From an uncultured cyanobacterium (GTDB lineage Bacteria; Cyanobacteriota; Cyanobacteriia; Cyanobacteriales; CAWCAG01), in NCBI GenBank assembly GCA_963803805.1, contig CAWDOD010000010.1, forward strand, positions 64,001 to 128,000: a stretch of DNA of 64,000 nucleotides. Direction: 5' to 3'. The position numbers and the translations under genes were made by a program. The notes beneath the pieces were generated by a model. That model worked only from the letters and a program-made list of their open reading frames with translations, had not been told where the DNA came from and did not search any database. Below, piece after piece: positions 21,719 through 32,901 of this stretch (positions are counted from its first letter, which is position 1; each line of letters opens with the position of its first letter).

Positions 21719-24700
21719 ATGATACAAATTCCTCAATCAACCATACTCTATCAAGTAGGAGGAAGCCTGCCTGTTGATGCTCCTACTTATGTGAAAAGGA
21801 AAGCTGATACAGAACTTTATGATGCTTTGAAAGCAGGGGAATTTTGTTATGTTTTGAACTCTCGCCAGAAGGGTAAATCTAGCTTGCGTGTGCAAACAAT
21901 GCAACGCCTAGAAGCAGAAGGAGTTGCTTGTGCGGCTATTGATTTGACTCGTATTGGTAGCCAAAATATTACCCCAGAACAATGGTATTTAGGAATTGTT
22001 AAAAACCTAGCCACCGCTTTAAACCTTTCTTTGGCCAAGCGCCCTAAGTTGGGACATTGGTGGCGAGATCGCTCTGATTTTTCTCCTTTACAACGCTTTA
22101 GCAATTTCTTAGAAGAAGTTCTTTTAGTCGAAGTTAAGCAAAAGGTAGTGATTTTTATTGATGAAATTGATAGTACCATCAGCCTTAACTTTTCTGCCGA
22201 TGATTTCTTTGCTTTGATCCGTGCTTGTTATAACCAAAGGGTTGATAACCCGGAATATAAACGCTTAACTTTTACCCTTTTAGGAGTTGCTACCCCCGCA
22301 GATTTAATTACTGATAAAAGTCGCACTCCTTTTAATATTGGTCGGGCTATAGAATTAGATGGTTTTGCTATGCCAGAAGCTATGACTTTGGCAAGAGGCT
22401 TGACAGCATATACAACCAATCCCCAATTGGTAATGAAAGAAATTTTGGCTTGGACGGGGGGGCAGCCTTTTTTAAGTCAGAAACTTTGTCAGTTAGTTTT
22501 TGAATCCAATGAATTTATTCCTGAAAACCAGGAAGCAGAATGGATTGAGGCTTTGGTTAAAAATCGCGTTATTAACCATTGGGAGGCACAGGATGAACCG
22601 GAACACTTGCAAACCATTCGCGACCGAATCCTCAAGCAAGAAGGGGGGGCCGCGCGGATGTTGGGGCTGTATCAGCAGATCCTCCAAAAAGGAGAAATCC
22701 TTTCTGAGGATAGTTCCGAACAGATGAATTTACGCCTATCTGGTTTAGTAGTGGAAAAGGGGGGAAAGTTACAAGTCAATAACCCCATTTATAAATACGT
22801 TTTTAATCAAAGTTGGGTAGATAAAGAATTAGCTACCTTGCGTCCCTATAGTGAGACTTTGAATTCTTGGTTTACTTCTGGTTGTCAGGATGAGTCTAGG
22901 TTATTGCGGGGCAAGGCTTTACAGGATGCCCTCACTTGGGCAGGGGGCAAAAGTCTTAGTAACCAAGATTATGAATTTTTGGGGGCTAGCCAACAATTAG
23001 CTAAGCAGCAAGTTCAAACTGATTTAGAAGCACAAATTGCGGCTAATCGTATTTTAGCTGGGGCAGAGAAGAAGGCGAAACAGAGAATACGCAGGGGTTT
23101 GATGGTTTTGGGGATTATTTCTGTTGCCTCTGTTTCTATAGTGATTTGGGGCAAAACTGCAATTATAAAAGGACAAACAGCCCTGAAACTAGAACAAAAA
23201 GGGATCAATGCCCTCCAGGAATTTGAAAACGAAGAGTTAGAAGCTTTGCGATCAGCGATCAAAGCAGGGGAAGAATTAGAAGAATTAGTGGGAGAAGAAA
23301 CTCCCTTGGAAGAATATCCGGCGATCGCACCAGTGTGGGTATTACAAAGAATTTTGGCAGAAATTCATGAACGCAACCAATTGTTAGGTCATCAAAGTTT
23401 TGTTTACGATGTAGATTACAGTAGGGGCGAGGGGCCTCTCGCCCCTGACAACAGCAAAATTGCTACCATCTCTGCTGATGGTACAGTTAGAGTTTGGCAT
23501 TCATCAGGGCGGGGGTTAAGTCAGTTTTCGATTAAGGTAGATGAAGCAGAGAACATGACTATGAATCTCAGTTTTAGTCCTGATGGTAAGAAATTGGTTA
23601 CTGCTTCAGAAAATGGTACAGCAAGATTATGGGATTTGTTTGGACAAGAATTGGCTAAATTTGTGGGACATCAAGGGCAAGTTTGGAATGTTAGTTTTAG
23701 CCCTGATGGTAAGAAGGTTGCTACTGCTAGCAAGGATGGTACGGCGCGTTTATGGGATTTATCTGGGCGAGAAATCACTAAATTTGTTGGCCATACCAAT
23801 GATGTTTGGTGCGTTGAATTTAGCCCTGATGGTAATTATTTAGCCACCGCCGGGGAAGATGGTACAGCACGGTTATGGGATTTATCTGGGCGAGAAATCA
23901 CTAAATTTGTCGGTCATGAGGAACAAATTTTTAGTCTCAGTTTTAGTCCTGATGGTCAAACTATCGCCACTACAGGGCTGGATGGTACGGTGCGGTTGTG
24001 GAATTTGTCGGGGCAACAGCTAGCCCTATGGCAGGGTAGCAGAGACTGGCTTTTTGCTATTGAATTTAGCCCCGATGGTAAATATTTAGCGGCAGCAGGG
24101 GCTGATAGTAAAGTTCGTATTTGGGATACTTCTGGACAACTTTTAGGGGAATTATGGGGCCATACTAACTGGATTTATGGCTTAAGTTTTAGTCCTGATG
24201 GCAAAAACTTAGTTACAGCAGGGCAAGATGGTACAGCCCGAATTTGGGATCTTAACAACACTTTTTTCCCTTCTGCTTACCAAGAAAAAGCTGAGTGGCA
24301 AGGAGGAGAAAATGAGTTGTGGACAGTAAGTTTTAACCCGGTAGTGGCGAGGGGCAGATCGCCCTTACTGGCATCAGCAGGAGAAGGAAATACTGCCAAG
24401 ATTTGGAACCTTTCGGGGGAAATGCTAGCAGAGTTAAAAGGCCATCCTAGTTGGATTTATAGCTCAAGTTTCACCCCCAATGGTCAAGGGATCGCCACAG
24501 GGGGAAAAGATGGGACGGTACGCCTTTGGGACTTATCAGGAAAGCAATTAGCTAAGTTTAGGATCGGCCGCTATAAAATCTATAATGTTGGCTTTAGTCC
24601 TGATGGTAAGTATTTAGCGGCGGCAGGGGAAGCTAGTACCGTTTACCTCTGGAATCTTGCTACTAAGGCGCAGATTAAACTTGAAGCCCATGAAGGGATA

Positions 24701-25267
24701 GTTAATTGGGTCAGTTTTAGCCCCGATGGAAAAACTATAGCTACAGCAGGACAAGATGGTACGGTACACCTTTGGAGTTTGTCAGGAGAGGAGTTGCGGC
24801 GATTTGGGGATGGTAAGAATGAAATTTCTAGTGTTAGTTTTAGTCCCAATGGCAAACGCTTGGTTACAACAACAGTAGACAATAAGGTGAAGTTGTGGAA
24901 ATCTTCTGGACAAAAAATAAATGAATTTAATACCCACCAAGGTGGAGTTTTAAGTGCTAATTTTAGTCCGGATGGGCAATTAGTTGCGATCGCAGGGCAA
25001 GATGGTACGGTACAACTGAGATTGGTTTCTGGGATTATTGGACAACAAATTGCTGAATTTAAAGGCCATGTTGGCAGAGTTTACAGCACTAGTTTTAGTC
25101 CGGATGGTAAGTATTTAGCTACAGTGGGGAAAGATGGTATGGTTCGCTTGTGGCGTGTAGAAAATTTAGATGAAATGCTGAAGCGTGGTTGCCAGTGGTT
25201 GAAAGATTACCAAGCTAACCATTCTAATCAAGAAGAGATTTGCTTACCGCAAGGAAGTAATAAGTAA
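21719..25267 (+). CDS. AAA-like ATPase + TM + WD40-repeat protein
   Basis: [22 protein letters not shown] and IFIDEID motifs; about 14 WD40 repeats. Confidence 0.92.
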   Translation: MIQIPQSTILYQVGGSLPVDAPTYVKRKADTELYDALKAGEFCYVLNSRQKGKSSLRVQTMQRLEAEGVACAAIDLTRIGSQNITPEQWYLGIVKNLATALNLSLAKRPKLGHWWRDRSDFSPLQRFSNFLEEVLLVEVKQKVVIFIDEIDSTISLNFSADDFFALIRACYNQRVDNPEYKRLTFTLLGVATPADLITDKSRTPFNIGRAIELDGFAMPEAMTLARGLTAYTTNPQLVMKEILAWTGGQPFLSQKLCQLVFESNEFIPENQEAEWIEALVKNRVINHWEAQDEPEHLQTIRDRILKQEGGAARMLGLYQQILQKGEILSEDSSEQMNLRLSGLVVEKGGKLQVNNPIYKYVFNQSWVDKELATLRPYSETLNSWFTSGCQDESRLLRGKALQDALTWAGGKSLSNQDYEFLGASQQLAKQQVQTDLEAQIAANRILAGAEKKAKQRIRRGLMVLGIISVASVSIVIWGKTAIIKGQTALKLEQKGINALQEFENEELEALRSAIKAGEELEELVGEETPLEEYPAIAPVWVLQRILAEIHERNQLLGHQSFVYDVDYSRGEGPLAPDNSKIATISADGTVRVWHSSGRGLSQFSIKVDEAENMTMNLSFSPDGKKLVTASENGTARLWDLFGQELAKFVGHQGQVWNVSFSPDGKKVATASKDGTARLWDLSGREITKFVGHTNDVWCVEFSPDGNYLATAGEDGTARLWDLSGREITKFVGHEEQIFSLSFSPDGQTIATTGLDGTVRLWNLSGQQLALWQGSRDWLFAIEFSPDGKYLAAAGADSKVRIWDTSGQLLGELWGHTNWIYGLSFSPDGKNLVTAGQDGTARIWDLNNTFFPSAYQEKAEWQGGENELWTVSFNPVVARGRSPLLASAGEGNTAKIWNLSGEMLAELKGHPSWIYSSSFTPNGQGIATGGKDGTVRLWDLSGKQLAKFRIGRYKIYNVGFSPDGKYLAAAGEASTVYLWNLATKAQIKLEAHEGIVNWVSFSPDGKTIATAGQDGTVHLWSLSGEELRRFGDGKNEISSVSFSPNGKRLVTTTVDNKVKLWKSSGQKINEFNTHQGGVLSANFSPDGQLVAIAGQDGTVQLRLVSGIIGQQIAEFKGHVGRVYSTSFSPDGKYLATVGKDGMVRLWRVENLDEMLKRGCQWLKDYQANHSNQEEICLPQGSNK
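23421..23449. repeat. REP/SDR-like palindrome inserted in frame in the WD40 gene
   Basis: GTAGGGGCGA-GGGGCCTC-TCGCCCCTGAC adds RGEGPLA inside the YS|PD motif. Confidence 0.7.
24341..24368. repeat. Second REP/SDR-like palindrome in the WD40 gene
   Basis: GTAGTGGCGA-GGGGCAGA-TCGCCCTTAC, translated as VVARGRSPL in place of the usual DGK. Confidence 0.65.
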
Positions 25268-25299
25268 TAAATTTAGAGAAATTATCCGGGGAAATACTT

Positions 25300-25530
25300 G
25301 ATTTTGCGGCGCAGGGTAGGTCACAAAACAGCTATTGGTTGGAAAATGCCTGAAAGTATCTCAGAGAGGGCTTTTCAGCTATTTTGGTTTTTGAGAGCAA
25401 AGCGCACCTTACACAGCAAGGGTTCCAGCGTTTTGGGGGTGTTTCCTGGAGGTGGTTATGATAGATTTATAGAGCTACAGCGCAAATGTACCTTGAAAGT
25501 CAAATATATCAATGGTTCCAAACTACCGCA
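25300..25530 (+). promoter_or_regulatory. Probable CRISPR leader
   Basis: Non-coding segment abutting the first repeat. It contains GCGCAAATGTACCTTGAAA, resembling cyanobacterial I-D-type leaders. Confidence 0.5.
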
Positions 25531-25627
25531 GTTGCAACTTCTAATAATCCCTATTAGGGATTGAAACGCCAAACTGCGATCGCATCCCTTTGAGGGACAG
25601 CAGGTTGCAACTTTTAATAATCTCTAA
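25531..25627 (+). CRISPR. Orphan CRISPR mini-array: one full repeat, one spacer, one truncated repeat
   Basis: 37-bp repeat GTTGCAACTTCTAATAATCCCTATTAGGGATTGAAAC (25531-25567), 36-bp spacer (25568-25603), then degenerate GTTGCAACTTTTAATAATCTCTA. Confidence 0.8.
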
Positions 25628-25666
25628 GCTGCTAAGCTGTTACGCATTTAAAAGACATATTGTTGA

Positions 25667-26678
25667 ACGTGAGTTCGACGGAGGAAAAAGAGAGAAAAGA
25701 AAAGCATCAGAGGTATGCTGAAAATGAATCTTAATCAGAATCTGATGCTATGTCCAATATTGTATCTCGTCTCGATATCACCCAAATATTCTGTCAGGTA
25801 GATGACTTTTATCAAAGGTTTGAGAGGCATTGGCAACAACAGCCAATGTTAACAGCAACTTGTGGAGAGCGTCTATGTCGCTCCCGCCTAAGCCTAAGCG
25901 AAGTGATGACCATTGTCATTGCCTTTCATGGTTCGGGATTTCGCACTTTTAAAGAATTTTACACTCTACAAGTCTTGCCTTACTGGAAGAAAGCTTTTCC
26001 CAACTTGGTCAGTTACACTCGATTCGTAGAGCTAATGCCGTGGAGCTTAATGCTTCTTTGCTGTTTTCTACATACTCTTCGAGGAGAAATTACCGGCATC
26101 AGCTTTATTGATTCTACCCCCATTGAGGTCTGCCACCCGAATCGCTCCAAAAGCCACCGTGTTTTTGAAGGTTTGGTAGGTTGGGGCAAAAATGCTATGG
26201 GATGGCATTATGGCTTCAAGCTACATCTAATTATTAATGACAAAGGTGAGCTGCTTGCTTTCAAACTTACAGAGGGTAATACTGATGACCGTAACCCTGT
26301 GCCAGATATGGCTGATGGCTTGATTGGTAAGTTATTTGGCGACCGAGGTTATATTTCTCAGGATTTGTTTGAGAAACTCTATGAACAAAGACTACAACTG
26401 ATTACACACCGCAAGAAAAATATGAAGCCGAAGTTAATGCGTCTTCAGGATAAGATTCTCCTACGTAAGCGTTCTCTGATTGAGACTGTTAATGACCAGC
26501 TCAAGAATATCTGTCAGATTCAGCATTCAAGACACCGTAGCGTTTGGAATTTTTTGGTTAATCTCTTAGCTGGTCTAATCGCTTATACTTTCTTGCCCAA
26601 AAAGCCTTCCCTTGACCTTGACCCCAAAGGCCTAGCTGAACTTCCTTCTGCTGTTTTTTAACTTCATCGAACTCACGT
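25667..26678 (+). mobile_element. IS982-family insertion sequence (1012 bp)
   Basis: Terminal inverted repeats ACGTGAGTTCGA/TCGAACTCACGT; 6-bp direct repeat TGTTGA at 25661-25666 and 26679-26684. Confidence 0.9.
25750..26661 (+). CDS. IS982-family DDE transposase
   Basis: FIDSTP, WHYGFKLHL, GDRGY and KRSLIETV motifs. Confidence 0.92.
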   Translation: MSNIVSRLDITQIFCQVDDFYQRFERHWQQQPMLTATCGERLCRSRLSLSEVMTIVIAFHGSGFRTFKEFYTLQVLPYWKKAFPNLVSYTRFVELMPWSLMLLCCFLHTLRGEITGISFIDSTPIEVCHPNRSKSHRVFEGLVGWGKNAMGWHYGFKLHLIINDKGELLAFKLTEGNTDDRNPVPDMADGLIGKLFGDRGYISQDLFEKLYEQRLQLITHRKKNMKPKLMRLQDKILLRKRSLIETVNDQLKNICQIQHSRHRSVWNFLVNLLAGLIAYTFLPKKPSLDLDPKGLAELPSAVF

Positions 26679-26726
26679 TGTTGAGTTAGCTAAAATAAGC
26701 TGGAGTTGCTACCTATTCCCTATTCC

Positions 26727-27647
26727 CTAAATTAACAAACAGCTTTCTATAGTCTTAACCACTGATTCAGCTAAAGTATGCAAATCATAACCTCCTTCTA
26801 AACCGAAGAGAATATTATTAGTAATTCCCAAGCAATAGTGAGTCAATAATTGATAATCTTGGGGTCGTAAAGAAATACTTGCTAACGGATCAGCGTGGTT
26901 AGCATCGTAACCAGCACTAATTATTAATAAATCTGGTCGAAAATCCCTTAAAAAAGGTATAACTTCATTCTCAAAAACAGGACTATACTCTTCTATGGTG
27001 CTTCCTGGCTTCATAGGTAAATTGAGTACATTATTATACTTTCCTTTTTCCACTCTTTTCCCTGTACCAGGGTAACAAGGAAATTGATGTAGAGAACAGT
27101 AAATAATTTGTGGATTACTTTCTACAATTGCTTGAGTACCATTGCCATGGTGTACATCCCAATCTAGAATAGCGACGCGATTACAATGCTTTTCTTCTAA
27201 GGCATAATAAGCGGCGATCGCAGCGTTAGAAAACAAACAAAATCCCATGCCTATATTCTTTTCTGCATGATGTCCAGGAGGGCGAGTAAGTGCAAAAGCA
27301 GGGCTATGATTATTGATAACTGAATCTACTCCATCTAACCAAGCACTAACAGCAAGTAAGGCAACCTCATAGCTACGAGGAGAGACAATTGTATCAGCAT
27401 CTAATCTTCCTCCCCCTTCTTTAGCAATTTCTTGAAGCAAGTTAATATATTGAGGATCATGTATCTTTTTGATTGTTGGTAAAATATCTCTATTAGTTAC
27501 AGAAGTAGGAATTTGCCAAGCAATTTTATCTGCCCAATCAACCTGTTTTAAAGCCTCAACAATAGCGTTTAAACGCTGAGGGCTTTCTGGGTGCAATCTA
27601 CCGGTTTTATGTTCAAGGAATTGGTCAGAATAAATAATCGGAAACAT
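26727..27647 (-). CDS. Histone deacetylase-family protein
   Basis: HPE, RPPGHHA, GFC, DWDVHHGNGTQ, SAGYD and LEGGY motifs. Confidence 0.93.
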   Translation of the reverse strand: MFPIIYSDQFLEHKTGRLHPESPQRLNAIVEALKQVDWADKIAWQIPTSVTNRDILPTIKKIHDPQYINLLQEIAKEGGGRLDADTIVSPRSYEVALLAVSAWLDGVDSVINNHSPAFALTRPPGHHAEKNIGMGFCLFSNAAIAAYYALEEKHCNRVAILDWDVHHGNGTQAIVESNPQIIYCSLHQFPCYPGTGKRVEKGKYNNVLNLPMKPGSTIEEYSPVFENEVIPFLRDFRPDLLIISAGYDANHADPLASISLRPQDYQLLTHYCLGITNNILFGLEGGYDLHTLAESVVKTIESCLLI

Positions 27648-27692
27648 TTGCTCTAAAATTATTATTTAGCTATACAAGTTGTTCAATGATAA

Positions 27693-28580
27693 ATGGAAAA
27701 TCAAATGCTGTTTTCAGAATTTGAACAAATTATCATCACCACTAGCCAAGCGAAAATAAACTTACGTAAAGGCGGAAAAGGCCCTCCTTTATTGTTACTC
27801 CACGGCTATCCTCAAACCCATTTTATGTGGCATAAAATAGCTCCTCTTTTAGCAGAAGATTTTACTGTTATAGCTACAGATTTACGTGGCTACGGCAATA
27901 GCTCAAAACCGAAAGGTTGCTCGGATCATCGTAATTATTCTAAACGAGCCTTAGCCCAAGACCAAATTGAGGTGATGACCCAATTGGGTTACGATCAATT
28001 CTACCTGGTAGCCCATGATCGCGGGGCAAGGGTAGCCCATCGTTTGACCTTAGATTATCCCCAGTCAGTGCAGAAATTAGCCCTTTGCGATATTGCCCCT
28101 ACCTACGAAATGTATACTACCACAGACCAAGAATTTGCTACAGCCTATTATCATTGGTTTTTCTTGATTCAACCCTATGACTTACCCGAAAGATTAATTG
28201 CAGCCAACCCAGAATATTATCTCAATGTTTGTTTGCAAAACTGGAGCAAAAATTTCGCTGCTTTCACTCCCCAAGCTTTAGGAGAATATCAACGCTGTTT
28301 TCAAGACTACGCCACCATTCATAGTAGTTGCGAAGACTACCGCGCCTCCGCTACCATCGATCTACATCACGATGAAGAGGATCTAGATAGTAAAATAACT
28401 TGTCCTCTGCTTGTTTTGTGGGGCGGACTGGGCTTTATTGGCAGTAAATATGATGTTTTAGGTATGTGGCAAAAAAGAGCCTTAAAAGTAGTAGGAAAAG
28501 CATTGAATTGTGGTCACTTCTTACCAGAAGAAGCCCCCCAAGAAACCTATTTTGCTTTGCAAGAATTTCTTTTGAATTAG
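27693..28580 (+). CDS. Alpha/beta hydrolase, haloacetate dehalogenase-like
   Basis: LHGYPQT, HDRGARV, YYHWFF, CEDYRA and GHFLPEE motifs. Confidence 0.88.
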   Translation: MENQMLFSEFEQIIITTSQAKINLRKGGKGPPLLLLHGYPQTHFMWHKIAPLLAEDFTVIATDLRGYGNSSKPKGCSDHRNYSKRALAQDQIEVMTQLGYDQFYLVAHDRGARVAHRLTLDYPQSVQKLALCDIAPTYEMYTTTDQEFATAYYHWFFLIQPYDLPERLIAANPEYYLNVCLQNWSKNFAAFTPQALGEYQRCFQDYATIHSSCEDYRASATIDLHHDEEDLDSKITCPLLVLWGGLGFIGSKYDVLGMWQKRALKVVGKALNCGHFLPEEAPQETYFALQEFLLN

Positions 28581-28726
28581 CCACTGAAAATAATGTTAAG
28601 TTTGTTCAAAGAACTTGCAATCTAGATTCATTGTTTTTTAGGATGATGATTATAGATATTACTTCTTAGCTCAACTATCTCTAAAATTTATTCTTAGTTA
28701 TTTATTCTCCATTACCATTATTTAAA

Positions 28727-29173
28727 ATGAGTAGGTTGCTCTACGAGAAATCCTTGCCATATCGAGGTCATCTTATCATACCCTTTGTTTTCGCTCGTGC
28801 AAATCGAGAGAATATCTATTCCTATGCTTTACTTTCTGAACAAGGATACAAAGGTGAATTTCATAAACTGGAGAATCCTGCTAAACTCTATTCTAGCAAC
28901 ATAGCCCAAATCATTGATATTGCTAAAAAACATTTACACGAAGCCATAGAACAAAGCAGCGACTTTGATTATTTTCAAAACCGCTATACTTACCAAAATA
29001 ATTTAATTATCATTCACCAACAAGCAGGTAAATGTTTTTATGACCATTATCCCCCCCAGGAGATTAGAAATGTTGCTGCCCCCAAAATTTTCTTTACTCC
29101 TCATGAATGCCTAACTTGGGTTAAACAAGGACTAGATAAGAAAAATAAAAAAGCAGGAAAAGTTAGTCATTAA
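28727..29173 (+). CDS. Hypothetical protein
   Basis: 148-aa ORF between identifiable genes. Confidence 0.7.
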   Translation: MSRLLYEKSLPYRGHLIIPFVFARANRENIYSYALLSEQGYKGEFHKLENPAKLYSSNIAQIIDIAKKHLHEAIEQSSDFDYFQNRYTYQNNLIIIHQQAGKCFYDHYPPQEIRNVAAPKIFFTPHECLTWVKQGLDKKNKKAGKVSH

Positions 29174-29201
29174 TCATTAACCTCCCCTACTGCCCCTTCT
29201 C

Positions 29202-32021
29202 CTAAACCATCGTCGCCGAAGCTTGCTGAGGCTGGGGTTGGAACTGGAAGAGAGAATAAACGACATTGCGACGAATATCTGTCATTGTTTCTAAGAACAT
29301 TTCATAGCCTTCCTGCTTATACTCGATTAGAGGATCTTTTTGTCCATAACCTCTTAAACCAATGGATTCCCGTAAAGCATCCATCGCTTGTAAGTGTTCT
29401 CGCCAGAGAGTATCAATTTGTTGCAAGATAAAGAAACGTTCGGCTTCCCGCATTAATCCAGGCTTGATTTTTTCTACCTGTGCCTCTTTAATATCGTAAG
29501 CTTTGCGAACTTCTTCTTGCAAAAATGTCTTAATTGCCCCCACAGGCATATCTTCAAGATCCTCTGGTTTCAAATCTTCTAAAAGGTAAATAAATTCCTG
29601 TGCCTTAGAAACAATCTTGTCAAGTTCCCATTCTTCTGAGGGTAATTCAGGATTAATAAAAACATCCACAATATCACTCATGGTTTGTTCAGCGTAGGAA
29701 ATCACTTGTTCTTTTAAATCTAATCCTTCCAAAACCCGACGACGTTCGGCATAAATAGCCCGGCGTTGATTATTCATTACCTCGTCGTACTCAAATACTT
29801 GCTTCCTGGTGTCGTAGTAGAAAGTTTCTACCTTCTTTTGCGCCCCTTCTAAAGAGCGGGTTAGCATTTTTGATTCAATAGGCATATCCTCTTCCACTCG
29901 GAAAGCATTCATCAAACCTGCCACGCGATCGCCTCCAAAAATGCGGAGGAGGTTATCTCCAAGGCTAAGGAAAAATTTAGTTGAACCGGGATCACCTTGC
30001 CTACCTGCCCTGCCCCTTAACTGGTTATCGATACGGCGAGATTCGTGACGTTCTGTACCAATAACATGAAGTCCACCCCGTTGGACAACTTCATTATGTT
30101 CTTGGGCAGTAAACCCTTCATATTCTTTGTTAATGGCCTTATATACTTGCCGCAGCTTAATTAAAACTGGATCTTCAAGGGGGGCATTTTCCGCTGCTAC
30201 CGCTATTTTTTCTTCTACTTCCAACTCCGGCAAACTTTGTAAACCATACTTTTCAACAGCGAAATCCACCGCTTCTTTAAGCATGGTTTCAATTTCAGCA
30301 GAAAGTTGAGTAGGGTAAATTTGTGGGGATACACGCCAACTCTTTGTCTTACTCGGTTGTCCAAAACCTTGGGAGCGACTGCGAGATTGTTTAGCTGCTG
30401 CTGGCATAGCTACCAGGGCATTATCATCTTCCGGTTGAACAATCTTGGGCATCAAATATTCCCGAATTTTCAACCTCGCCATATAATCGGCATTACCCCC
30501 CAGGATAATATCTGTACCTCGTCCTGCCATATTGGTGGCGATGGTTACGCCCCCTTTTCGTCCAGCTTGGGCAATAATTTCTGATTCTCGTTCTACGTTC
30601 TCTGGCCTAGCGTTAAGAAGGTTGTGAGGAATGTTTTTTTCTTGTAATAACTTTGAGAGTACCTCAGATTTTTCTACACTAGTAGTTCCCACCAAAACTG
30701 GCCGACCCAATTCGTGCATTTCCGCACATTCAGTCGCCACAGAATCCCATTTAGCAGGTTCAGTTTTATAAACCACATCGGCTAAATCTTGCCTTTGGGT
30801 AGGTAGGTTAGTAGGCATGATGGTGACTTGGAGGTTGTAAACCTTCTCAAATTCCGCTTCTTCTGTTTTGGCAGTTCCTGTCATCCCAGCTAATTTAGGA
30901 TAAAGCAGGAAGAAATTTTGATAGGTAATAGTTGCTAGAGTTTGGGTTTCATTTTGAATCTCCACCCCTTCTTTTGCTTCAATAGCTTGGTGTAAACCAT
31001 CACTCCAACGTCTGCCAGCTAAAACCCGACCAGTAAATTCATCAACAATAACTACCTCATCATTACGGACAATGTAGTTAACATCGGCGGTGAAAAGTTC
31101 TTTGGCTTTAATAGCATTAAAAATATAATGGGCCCAAGGATTTTCAGGATCGTAGAGGTCATTAACTCCTAAAAGCCTTTCTGCGGAGGCGAAACCTTCA
31201 TCAGTCATTAAAACGTTACGGGCTTTCTCATCAACTTCATAATCTCCCGGCCCATCTTCTTCTTCTTGCTTAACTAATTGGGCTGCTATTTGGGCAGCCC
31301 CTAAATATTTTTCTGTAGGGCGTTCTACTTGCCCAGAAATAATTAATGGTGTGCGTGCTTCATCAATTAGAATGGAATCCACTTCATCAATGATGCAATA
31401 GTTAAAAGGACACTGCACTACATCAACCATAGATGTAGCCATATTATCCCGTAGGTAATCAAAACCCAACTCACTGTTAGTAGCGTAGGTGACATCGCAA
31501 GCATAGTTCTTTTTACGTTCGCTAGGACTCATTCCTGATTGAATTAAGCCCACACTCAAACCTAAAAAGCGGTGAACTTGTCCCATCCACTCCGCATCCC
31601 GACGGGCCAAATAATCGTTAACCGTAACAATATGTACCCCTCTACCGGTTAAACCGTTTAAATAAGCAGGCAGAGTAGCTACTAGGGTTTTTCCTTCCCC
31701 AGTCCTCATCTCCGCAATTTGACCTTTATGGAGGAAAATACCCCCCAACAACTGCACGTCATAGTGACGCATTCCCAAAACACGAACCGCCGCTTCTCTA
31801 ACTACAGCAAAAGCTTCTGGCAAGATCTCATCAAGAATTTCTTCCCTTTCCTGATCGCTATTAGCTTCGCTGATTTTTTGTTGAAATTCCTTGGTTTTTC
31901 CCTTCAATTCTTCATCAGAAAGGGCTTTAATATCTTCTTCGAGGAGATTAATATCAGTTACTAAATACTGATATTTCTTTAATTTGCGTGCGTTAGGATC
32001 GCCTAGTAGTTTTTTAAACAT
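29202..32021 (-). CDS. secA: Preprotein translocase ATPase SecA
   Basis: [37 protein letters not shown] and [13 protein letters not shown] motifs. Confidence 0.98.
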   Translation of the reverse strand: MFKKLLGDPNARKLKKYQYLVTDINLLEEDIKALSDEELKGKTKEFQQKISEANSDQEREEILDEILPEAFAVVREAAVRVLGMRHYDVQLLGGIFLHKGQIAEMRTGEGKTLVATLPAYLNGLTGRGVHIVTVNDYLARRDAEWMGQVHRFLGLSVGLIQSGMSPSERKKNYACDVTYATNSELGFDYLRDNMATSMVDVVQCPFNYCIIDEVDSILIDEARTPLIISGQVERPTEKYLGAAQIAAQLVKQEEEDGPGDYEVDEKARNVLMTDEGFASAERLLGVNDLYDPENPWAHYIFNAIKAKELFTADVNYIVRNDEVVIVDEFTGRVLAGRRWSDGLHQAIEAKEGVEIQNETQTLATITYQNFFLLYPKLAGMTGTAKTEEAEFEKVYNLQVTIMPTNLPTQRQDLADVVYKTEPAKWDSVATECAEMHELGRPVLVGTTSVEKSEVLSKLLQEKNIPHNLLNARPENVERESEIIAQAGRKGGVTIATNMAGRGTDIILGGNADYMARLKIREYLMPKIVQPEDDNALVAMPAAAKQSRSRSQGFGQPSKTKSWRVSPQIYPTQLSAEIETMLKEAVDFAVEKYGLQSLPELEVEEKIAVAAENAPLEDPVLIKLRQVYKAINKEYEGFTAQEHNEVVQRGGLHVIGTERHESRRIDNQLRGRAGRQGDPGSTKFFLSLGDNLLRIFGGDRVAGLMNAFRVEEDMPIESKMLTRSLEGAQKKVETFYYDTRKQVFEYDEVMNNQRRAIYAERRRVLEGLDLKEQVISYAEQTMSDIVDVFINPELPSEEWELDKIVSKAQEFIYLLEDLKPEDLEDMPVGAIKTFLQEEVRKAYDIKEAQVEKIKPGLMREAERFFILQQIDTLWREHLQAMDALRESIGLRGYGQKDPLIEYKQEGYEMFLETMTDIRRNVVYSLFQFQPQPQQASATMV

Positions 32022-32245
32022 AGTATTTATTTGTTCTTGGCCATTATATATAGTTGAGCATCAGTCATTTTTGACCAGAGAACAATGACCAACAACTCTT
32101 ACCTATGCTATCATTTATACGTTTTTCAGGGATACGGCGATTACGAATAAAATCCGTAAAAGAATAGGAAAATGGAGAGATCACCTTTCCCCTTTACCCC
32201 AACCAGACTATCTGCGACACAACCAAAGAAAATGGCATTATTTCC

Positions 32246-32818
32246 TTACCATTCCTCCGTTAAACTTTGATAATTAAACTTGGCAATGCCCGTATGACAA
32301 CTAGCACAGTTGTTGAGACGTATTGGCTTCGGTAAGTCTACTTTAGGATGGAGAGCTTGGAAATAGCGAGATTGAGATACCCTTTCTGGTTTATCCTCTC
32401 CTTCATTGAGAGGGCGGGAATAGTCCCGAATATAAGACCACATAATGCGGATATCTAAAGGATTCATTTTCGGCAGTTTCTGTCCATAATGATCATCAGG
32501 TTGTAGTAAAATTTGCCGCCAGCTTTCTGTTGGTAAAACGGCTGGAGGTAAAGCAATATGGCAGCTAGCACAGTTTTTTAAATAAAGTTCCTGACCCATT
32601 TGATAGCGACTCGGAAGGTTGTCAGGATCAAGACTTTTCTGCCCCTGTTTAAGGCTATTGCTCTCTGAATCTGCTGGAGAGGAGGAAGAGACAGGGAGAG
32701 GAGGAGAATCTAAGGCAACAGCCATACCCCAACCCAAAACTATTCCCCACAACAAAAATAAAAGCAAAAAAACCGTAACAACATTCCTGTTTTTTCTTCT
32801 TTTCCGAAGTCTTTTCAT
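32246..32818 (-). CDS. Diheme cytochrome c family protein
   Basis: TM anchor, two CASCH heme motifs and PP..LPTESW. Confidence 0.85.
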   Translation of the reverse strand: MKRLRKRRKNRNVVTVFLLLFLLWGIVLGWGMAVALDSPPLPVSSSSPADSESNSLKQGQKSLDPDNLPSRYQMGQELYLKNCASCHIALPPAVLPTESWRQILLQPDDHYGQKLPKMNPLDIRIMWSYIRDYSRPLNEGEDKPERVSQSRYFQALHPKVDLPKPIRLNNCASCHTGIAKFNYQSLTEEW

Positions 32819-32901
32819 AAAATCATTCCCTAGCCAAAGACACCATTAATAACTGTAAGACTTTGCTATTACCTTAGACATAACTATTCATTGTTCACTG
32901 A

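Noticed and set aside
25298-25564. 88-aa ORF
   Set aside because: It overlaps the CRISPR leader and first repeat, starts with TTG and has no recognisable motif.
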